Shown here one piece after another: positions 57,427 to 64,000 of a stretch of 64,000 nucleotides of DNA (its first letter is position 1; each line of letters begins with the position of its first letter). The position numbers and the translations under genes were made by a program. The stretch is taken from positions 2,688,001 through 2,752,000 of the forward strand of contig OY970166.1 in assembly GCA_963706595.1 (NCBI GenBank). Reading direction: 5' to 3'. The notes beneath the pieces were generated by a model. The model did not search any database. It was given only the letters and a program-made list of their open reading frames with translations, and was not told the DNA's origin. The stretch comes from an uncultured cyanobacterium (lineage in GTDB: Bacteria > Cyanobacteriota > Cyanobacteriia > Cyanobacteriales > Nostocaceae).

Positions 57427-59382
57427 ATGACTAATCCACAAATTCAATTCAGTTGGGAAGATCCAGCAACGGGGGAACGGCGAGAACCAAGTTTGAGTGC
57501 GCCTATAGCTTTTGGTCGTGAATTTGCCCGTTTACCTGCTGAACTTCAAGGACAGCGTGTAGCGAGAATGCTGCTTAACAGCAATGAAATTTCCCGTTAT
57601 CATGCTCTCATTGATTGGGAACAAAACCAGCTCGTAGTCATTGACCAAGGTAGCGTTAACGGCGTATTTATTAACGGTCAACGACAAAACCGTGGTTTTT
57701 TAGCTAACGGTGATACATTACAAATTGGCCCTTACATGATGACGGTGATGTTTGGTGTTAACTCCACCAGCCAAGCTACCAGTGTGCCGTCAATGATTCA
57801 ATTTAACCCCAATACTAATATTCCTGACCCTGGCTTGCCTCCATCTCGTCCAATAACACCTTTAGGAAGTAATTTTCCGCCACCAGCATTTCAGGCTGAA
57901 TTGGTAGCAGTACAAGCACTTCACGCCACAGGTTTACCCGTAGATGAATGCGACTATCTGGCAGTTGGGGCGGGATTAGGTAGTTTTATTTGGGTTGATT
58001 TGCTGCGACTTAGTGGTGTACGGGCTGAAAAAATCCTCGCTTTGGGATTAGACGGACAACCTTATGCGCGTTACAAATCTCTCTGTCTGAACTCGCAAAT
58101 CCCCTTACATGAAAGATTGCGATCTAATTCTGATTCTTGTCCTGATAATATTTGGGGTTGGCCTAGTTATGCCTTGCGAGAAGCTGGGCGGGATGTGACT
58201 GAAGGTAAGGTAAATTCAGCATTCAAATATTTGTGGCAAGTTTTCGCTGAACCCACCTTTGCCGAAACTTATACACCTCGTGCGGGTAATGTCTTCGATT
58301 CCATAGACCGGGAAGTTAAGCGCATTGGCTGGAATCAAATTTATCGTTATGGGCGTGTGAGGGCTATTCGCAAAACTGATGATGGCAGATATTGTGTAGC
58401 CTATTCTCGCAGTCCGGGAAATTACGCTTTTATAGTTAGTCGTTATTTACATTTAGCTACTGGGTATCCCGCAATTCAATTTCTCCCAGATTTGCAAGCT
58501 TATAGAGGAAAATATCAAGATTTTAAGTCTGTTGTCAATGCTTATGAAGCCCACGATCATGTTTATCAGCAACTAGAACAACAAGGTGGGACGGTGTTGA
58601 TTCGTGGTAGGGGAATTGTGGCTTCGCGGATTATCCAAAGAATTTATGAGGCGAGAAAGCACAATCGTAATATTACAGTTTTGCATTTAATGCGATCGCC
58701 TAAACCCCAAGGCAACAAATTTCAAAAAGCCCAACGTTCAGTCAAAAATCATTACGAATTTCAGCCCTTTAACTGGCCAAAAGCTTGTTGGGGCGGAGAA
58801 CTCCGCGTCATGCTCGAAAAAGCTACCCCTGACGAACGCCAGCGCCTACTAGCAGACTGGGGCGGGACTACCACCGCCGACCGCCAAGACTGGCAGCAAA
58901 TGACAGATCAAGGACTAAGTGAAGGCTGGTATCAAATAACCTTTGGTGAAGTAAAAGCTGTAGAACAAGATACTCAAAACCATACTATTACCCATATCCA
59001 GGAAAAAGGCTTGGGAGAAATGAAACTAGCCGCAGACTTTATTATTGATGCTACCGGACTGGATGCCAAAGTCGAAGCCAGCCCCCTACTAGAAGATATT
59101 GTTAAACATTACAACTTACCCCTAAATTATCTAGGGCGTTTAGTTGTCACCAATAATTTTGAAATTCCCGAACTGCGGAATGGCAAAGGACAGATATATG
59201 CATCCGGAGCAATTACACTGGGTGGCCCTTATGCAGCCGTTGATAGTTTCCTCGGTTTGCAATATTCCGCATTAGTCGCCGTTGATGGACTCGCCGCCTC
59301 CCGTGCGCCCGGACTTCACCGTTTAAATATGCTAACTTCTTTTGGGCAGTGGTTAAAGTGGGTATTTAATCAATCACCATAA
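57427..59382 (+). CDS. FHA domain fused to FAD/NAD(P)-dependent oxidoreductase
   Basis: FGR..ISRYHA..S.NG.F.NG; VGAGLGS, LATG, RGRGIVA and DATG dinucleotide motifs. Confidence 0.85.
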   Translation: MTNPQIQFSWEDPATGERREPSLSAPIAFGREFARLPAELQGQRVARMLLNSNEISRYHALIDWEQNQLVVIDQGSVNGVFINGQRQNRGFLANGDTLQIGPYMMTVMFGVNSTSQATSVPSMIQFNPNTNIPDPGLPPSRPITPLGSNFPPPAFQAELVAVQALHATGLPVDECDYLAVGAGLGSFIWVDLLRLSGVRAEKILALGLDGQPYARYKSLCLNSQIPLHERLRSNSDSCPDNIWGWPSYALREAGRDVTEGKVNSAFKYLWQVFAEPTFAETYTPRAGNVFDSIDREVKRIGWNQIYRYGRVRAIRKTDDGRYCVAYSRSPGNYAFIVSRYLHLATGYPAIQFLPDLQAYRGKYQDFKSVVNAYEAHDHVYQQLEQQGGTVLIRGRGIVASRIIQRIYEARKHNRNITVLHLMRSPKPQGNKFQKAQRSVKNHYEFQPFNWPKACWGGELRVMLEKATPDERQRLLADWGGTTTADRQDWQQMTDQGLSEGWYQITFGEVKAVEQDTQNHTITHIQEKGLGEMKLAADFIIDATGLDAKVEASPLLEDIVKHYNLPLNYLGRLVVTNNFEIPELRNGKGQIYASGAITLGGPYAAVDSFLGLQYSALVAVDGLAASRAPGLHRLNMLTSFGQWLKWVFNQSP

Positions 59383-59507
59383 TTCGTAATTCGTAATTCG
59401 TAATTGAGCCAATATCTGAAGTTTGCCGGATGAAGGTTAAGGAAGATACGCTTTAATGGTGTAGAAATGTGTAGAATCTTGTAAAGATATAAAAAACAGC
59501 CTTTAAA

Positions 59508-60206
59508 ATGCAAACATTCGAGCTTTCTTCCTCAATGCAGCTGGTAGAACCACCCAAACAATGTCAGCCTTTGAAGATTATCGCCCTGGGGGATAGCTTA
59601 GTATATGGCTTTGGCGACCCAGAAACAGGCGGTTGGGTTGAGCAATTACGGCGATGGTGGATGTTACCGGATAGTTCTGGTCATGTATTATATAATTTGG
59701 GAGTGAGAGGCGATCGCACCCAGCAAGTAGCACAAAGATTAGAAGTAGAATTTCGCCATCGAGGTGAACTGCGAAATCGTCTTCCCGACATGATTATCCT
59801 CTCTGTAGGTGTCAATGATTCTGCCAAATTAAAACGCCCCAACGGCCGAAATTATACAGATTTTGACCTATTTGAATCAGAAATTAGTGTCTTACTAGAA
59901 CAAGCACAGCAACTCTGTCCAGTGTTATTCGTAGGGATGGTTCCTGTAAATGAAGCCAAGATGCCATTTCTAGATTGCTTTTATTATAATCACGAAGATC
60001 AGTACCGTTATAAAGAAGCTACTAAACTTGCTTGCAGTCAACGGCAAATTCCTTACTTAGATATTTTCGACAAATGGATGGCGCGTGATCAATTTTGGCG
60101 CTTACAACGCCTAAGTGCAGATGGTCTTCACCCCAACACACTAGGCTATCAAACTTTGTTAGAAAATGTGATTAATTGGGAACCACTAACAGCCTATCAT
60201 ATTTAA
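59508..60206 (+). CDS. SGNH/GDSL hydrolase
   Basis: GDSL, NLGV.G, GVND, DGLHP. Confidence 0.95.
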   Translation: MQTFELSSSMQLVEPPKQCQPLKIIALGDSLVYGFGDPETGGWVEQLRRWWMLPDSSGHVLYNLGVRGDRTQQVAQRLEVEFRHRGELRNRLPDMIILSVGVNDSAKLKRPNGRNYTDFDLFESEISVLLEQAQQLCPVLFVGMVPVNEAKMPFLDCFYYNHEDQYRYKEATKLACSQRQIPYLDIFDKWMARDQFWRLQRLSADGLHPNTLGYQTLLENVINWEPLTAYHI

Positions 60207-60346
60207 CTATAGAACTCCTGTTTGATTTCTGTTGGCGTAGCCTGCGCTTTGCGCTTACAACTAGAAAAGCTGTTTCCCACTCCCCACTCCCCACTCCCCA
60301 CTCCCCACCTACGCAAGTAAGTTGAAAAATCAAAGCAGATTACTAT

Positions 60347-60781
60347 ATGACACCAACTTTATTTGGGCGTTGGCAAACTCGATTACTACTACTTATAACT
60401 GTAGGCGTATTAGTATCATTACCTTTTGCAATGGGCTTAATTGGCCCTGGTGCAAACTCGGTTTATTTCTGGATACTAGGCTATGTCGCCATCTTTGGCT
60501 TAATCTGGGATGTGCTTTATAATTATCTGCAAAAATCTCGTTGGGATAGAGACTGGCCAGCTGCTTATCAACTGGTTGCTGGTATTTGGGAATTAGGGTT
60601 TATCTTCTGTGGGGTAAAAATTTTTGGCTTCTTACCAATACCAATACCAAAAGCAGAACTAACATTAGGAGATTTTTTACTACACTATAGCCTAGTCTGG
60701 CTAGCAGTTTTTATTACCTCGCAAAGCCTAATGCGAATTATCTTTCCCCGTTGGCGTTTCCGAGGAGGCCAGTGGTTATAA
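60347..60781 (+). CDS. hypothetical four-TM membrane protein
   Basis: MTPTLFGRWQTR, RWDRDWP, FPRWRFRGG; hydrophobic helices. Confidence 0.8.
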   Translation: MTPTLFGRWQTRLLLLITVGVLVSLPFAMGLIGPGANSVYFWILGYVAIFGLIWDVLYNYLQKSRWDRDWPAAYQLVAGIWELGFIFCGVKIFGFLPIPIPKAELTLGDFLLHYSLVWLAVFITSQSLMRIIFPRWRFRGGQWL

Positions 60782-60959
60782 GTTTTCCAGTCATTTCGCT
60801 TCTAACTGAGTAGCAAAAATCAAAATAATTAAATTTTAATTAATATAAATGAATTATTTTTGCTTCTTCCAGAAACTTAGGAGATAATTGCCACATTCAG
60901 ACATCTGGTGACAATATACCGGATGCGATCGCAGATTTATAGAATGTGATATGTCTGCA

Positions 60960-61211
60960 TTATTTAGATTTTTTAGCTGGAGTTGAGCGGTAACTACTAA
61001 CGTATTGACCATGAATATTCACGCCGTAGGGAACTAGGTAACTGATTGTTGCAGATATCCAACGGTCGCTACTCATTTCACCTTGCCAAACAGCCCTGCC
61101 ATGATTGATTATAAATAAGATAGAGCCAACAATCAATGCAACTTTTACTGCTGTTTTCATCAATTTTGGTTCAACTAAACTAGCAAAATAGCCTTTAACA
61201 AACTTAGACAT
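60960..61211 (-). CDS. nrtS: NrtS-family small membrane protein
   Basis: A.KVALIVGSIL..INHG and SYLVPY.V..HG. Confidence 0.75.
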   Translation of the reverse strand: MSKFVKGYFASLVEPKLMKTAVKVALIVGSILFIINHGRAVWQGEMSSDRWISATISYLVPYGVNIHGQYVSSYRSTPAKKSK

Positions 61212-61254
61212 TGTTACCTAACTTTGGGATTATCTAGATACAGCAGATTGTTAT

Positions 61255-61379
61255 ACCAATTTAATATAAAGATGCATAAATAAATAAAATTTAACCAGAA
61301 ATCTAGTTCCCCTCCTCGCTTGCGGGGAGGGGTTAGGGGTGGGGTTGAAATAATATGCAGCCTCACAAATAATTGGTAT
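61255..61379. mobile_element. MITE-like element with internal GC-rich palindrome
   Basis: TACCAATT..TGCATA / TATGCA..AATTGGTA ends; core CCCCTCCTCGCTTGCGGGGAGGGG related to 6351 and 63170. Confidence 0.55.
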
Positions 61380-61471
61380 TAGATTCAAACTCTCAGTCAG
61401 CGCAAAATTATTTAACCTCACGGAATGTACTATAGCAATCCGATTTGATTATTGAAAAAATCTAAGTATAT

Positions 61472-61550
61472 GTAGGGTGTGTTATCACGAAGTGTAACGC
61501 ACCAAGACCCACAAGACGGTGCGTTAGGCTAAAGCCATAACACACCCTAC
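61472..61550. repeat. GTAG-type REP doublet
   Basis: GTAGGGTGTGTTAT ... ATAACACACCCTAC perfect inverted ends. Confidence 0.85.
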
Positions 61551-61638
61551 TGGCTCCCCACTCTCCACTCCCCACCTACGCAAGTAAGTTGAAAAATCAA
61601 AGCCGATTACTACATAACAATCAAAAGAATAAAAATTA

Positions 61639-62406
61639 ATGTCCAAAAGACTATCCATTAGGCAATTGTGGCAAACTCACCATCATTTCTTGGGCTTGTA
61701 TGCAGTACTTGCCCTGCAAGCTGGTAGTAGTGTCGCCGCACCAGTAGCCAGATTAAATAATTGGCGCTTTTACCCAAAAGCTGTAAAACTAGAAATCAAC
61801 CTCTCAGCCAGCATAACACCCGAATATTTCTACCTACCCGAACCGCCTCGTTTGGTTGTGGATTTGCCAAACACTAAGTTAGGTAATGTTTCCACTACAC
61901 AAAATTATGTTGGCGCAATTCAGAGAATTCGTGTTGCCCAATTAAATGAAACTGTAACTCGAATTGTTATGGATTTAGCCCCCGGAAATTTTGTAGATTC
62001 CAACCAAGTTCAACTACAACCAGTTTCTCGACAAAACCCCACGCGCTGGGTGTTAATTCCTAAAATTACTACTTATATTCCCCCTACACAACCGGAAAAT
62101 TTTCAGTCTTTACCCAACCTAGAGCCAAGTAATTATCAACAGTTACCCAGTACCTTATCTCCAATAACTCCTAACTCACAGCAACCCTTTGTGACTGTAC
62201 CTCCCTTGAATCCTCGCAACTCGTCTCAATTACCAGATTCTATTCTTCCTCCAGCTAGTTTTCCCCAGCAACCTAGTAACTTAAATAGCATTCCCTCTCA
62301 AACAAATCCTGATTTTTCAGTTCCGACAATGCCCAATTATCAACCAGATGTTTCAAATATAGAGGTGATTGAGTTTGGTCAACCCCTGCCCAAACCCAAC
62401 TACTAA
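61639..62406 (+). CDS. AMIN domain protein with Pro/Gln/Ser-rich tail
   Basis: PPRLVVDLPNT and IRVAQ....TRIVMDL. Confidence 0.88.
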   Translation: MSKRLSIRQLWQTHHHFLGLYAVLALQAGSSVAAPVARLNNWRFYPKAVKLEINLSASITPEYFYLPEPPRLVVDLPNTKLGNVSTTQNYVGAIQRIRVAQLNETVTRIVMDLAPGNFVDSNQVQLQPVSRQNPTRWVLIPKITTYIPPTQPENFQSLPNLEPSNYQQLPSTLSPITPNSQQPFVTVPPLNPRNSSQLPDSILPPASFPQQPSNLNSIPSQTNPDFSVPTMPNYQPDVSNIEVIEFGQPLPKPNY

Positions 62407-62429
62407 TTTGGTAAAATTTCACAATTCAA

Positions 62430-62969
62430 CTAAAATCTATCTGTTTCTTGAGGTTGTGTAACTGCTCCTGGTTGAGAGGTAAAGAAATTTTGAGCCGCCT
62501 GATTTTGGTAGATACATCTAATATCAGGGTTTTCGCTTTCCAAAGTACCAGTAAAGCCAAAAGTGTTGAGGCGATTTTTACATTCTCTGACCTGATTAGA
62601 TGTCACAAGGTTACGCTGTTCTAAAATTGCCCAGTTATTTTGCCGCAGAACGCACCCAGGACGCATACTTGGTTGAGCTACATAGACATTAAACGGGTTG
62701 AGAGTCACGAACAGTCTCGCGTCCATCACCATTGCACTTGCTCCATTCTGCACGCAAATCTCAGGGTTTGGCGCTCTATTGTCAATGAATTCACGAGAAG
62801 CCACATTTGATGGCGTTAAAGTGGTTGTGGAGCTAAAGGCAATTCCAATACCAATACCTAACACCAGCACTCCTGCCAAAATGGCGATAGTAGAGATGTT
62901 GAACAAAGATGGTTGTGAAGCCGAAGATTTAGAAGTAGTAGCCGATCTACCAGTAGATTTACGTCTCAT
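62430..62969 (-). CDS. DUF3172 family protein
   Basis: TM GIGIG, C.QNGASAMVMD.R.FVTLNPF, PGCVLR.NNW. Confidence 0.85.
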   Translation of the reverse strand: MRRKSTGRSATTSKSSASQPSLFNISTIAILAGVLVLGIGIGIAFSSTTTLTPSNVASREFIDNRAPNPEICVQNGASAMVMDARLFVTLNPFNVYVAQPSMRPGCVLRQNNWAILEQRNLVTSNQVRECKNRLNTFGFTGTLESENPDIRCIYQNQAAQNFFTSQPGAVTQPQETDRF

Positions 62970-63087
62970 TTTGCTCTGTTCACCTTCACGCCTGAGAAAG
63001 TAGGGAGTGGTCTAAACTTTTATCCCTTTTACAGTATGCCGATTTTTAATTGTAGTTGTCTGTAATTGGGGCGATCGCACCTCCAAC

Positions 63088-63250
63088 AAATTTGATCTGA
63101 CTTTTCACGGGATCTGGAAAACCCCGCTTCCATTCCTCTCCCCTGCAAGGAGACAGGCTTTAAGTTTTCCCCCTTCCCTCGTAGGGAAGGGGGTTAGGGG
63201 GTTAGGTTTCGCGTTAGCCTTTCCACATAACGTGAAAAGTCAGGAAATTT
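63088..63250. mobile_element. MITE-like element between two HIP1 sites
   Basis: 13-bp perfect inverted ends CTGACTTTTCACG / CGTGAAAAGTCAG; internal CCCCTTCCCTCGTAGGGAAGGGG palindrome. Confidence 0.7.
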
Positions 63251-63278
63251 GAGAAATAGCGATCGCCCAGCTAAATCA

Positions 63279-63767
63279 TTACACAGCTAGATAGCTGGCA
63301 GAGTATGTCTCTTTGAGAGATTTCCAACGGAAAGCGCGATCGCCTCCTCTCTCAACTACCACTTTTACTCTCGGTTCCAAACTAGGCAAAGTCGTTAAAA
63401 ACTCCACCTCCTGATCCGCCAGAATCTGCCCTTCAATAATCCACAACACCAAACCCTTCGATTTTGGTGGTAGCTGTTCCAGATTATAAGTAACAATCGG
63501 TGGTATGTAATACACATAACCCACCGCCGCACCACTACCAGTGCTTTTTTTACCCAGGTGAGGAGGTCTCACACCATGAACTCCTGTGAGATAGGCAGCT
63601 ACGTCGCCCAGTCCCCTAGCAGTAATCATCAGATTCCCATAGCCAGTAGCCCGTAATCGGCGGCGATATCGACCTTCAAAACCTCCTTCCAGAGGTACAT
63701 AAACACCAAGGGAACCAAATTTCTCCAAATCGCGGATGAAAGCGTTGCCAGTGGTAATCAGTGCCAT
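63279..63767 (-). CDS. ndhN: NAD(P)H-quinone oxidoreductase subunit N
   Basis: PLEGGFEGRY.RRLR..GY, ARGLGD, HGVRPPHLG. Confidence 0.97.
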   Translation of the reverse strand: MALITTGNAFIRDLEKFGSLGVYVPLEGGFEGRYRRRLRATGYGNLMITARGLGDVAAYLTGVHGVRPPHLGKKSTGSGAAVGYVYYIPPIVTYNLEQLPPKSKGLVLWIIEGQILADQEVEFLTTLPSLEPRVKVVVERGGDRAFRWKSLKETYSASYLAV

Positions 63768-64000
63768 AATTTTTCGTCCTATCCCACTTAGATATCTCTA
63801 TTATTCACCCTCAACCAAGATTAGGTTAAAGTATTGAAGCCCGAAAGCCCAACTGATCATCTTTAATCAAAAACTATTTTAAATATTTATAGACAAAACT
63901 CAATAGATGATTTATTATATTAGATTGTTACCTGTAAGAGTAAAAACTAAATTATTATTGCTCTGTAAGTTTTCAGATGTGTAACATCCGCAGCCAATAA

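Noticed and set aside
62977..63008. GTTCACC...GAGAAAGTAGG resembling a glutamine riboswitch
   Set aside because: Wrong strand for the adjacent gene and the pairing elements are not present

Overview
Chromosomal window of a heterocyst-forming (Nostocales-like) cyanobacterium, judged from roughly 50 HIP1 GCGATCGC octamers (manual count), heptamer tandem repeats, and psaD, ndhD, ndhN, sqdBX and ftrV. Most of it is housekeeping: purA-rplY, zur/purS/purQ, trpE-psaD, thrS, thrB, the ycf46/ycf35 operon and purC-omp85-lpxC-fabZ-lpxA-lpxB-dmtC. Many conserved or essential genes carry small indels, which points to an error-prone assembly rather than real decay. The main discovery candidate is an AT-rich two-gene cassette between purQ and trpE (12271-19138). 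It encodes a ~1000-aa protein whose C-terminal part reads as a divergent, apparently non-catalytic Argonaute-like MID-PIWI module, followed by a 1200-aa protein with a candidate N-terminal PD-(D/E)xK nuclease fused to an SF2 helicase. Directly behind it is a near-consensus promoter and a structured ~90-nt candidate small RNA. By inference this is a DdmDE- or pPIWI_RE-like guided defence system of unfamiliar type. A second oddity is an enterobacterial-like cspC CDS placed exactly ATG-to-stop upstream of psaD. Also present are a candidate nuclease toxin/immunity pair, an FHA-flavoprotein fusion, nested REP/MITE insertions and duplicated gene leaders. All domain calls are by eye, not from database searches.
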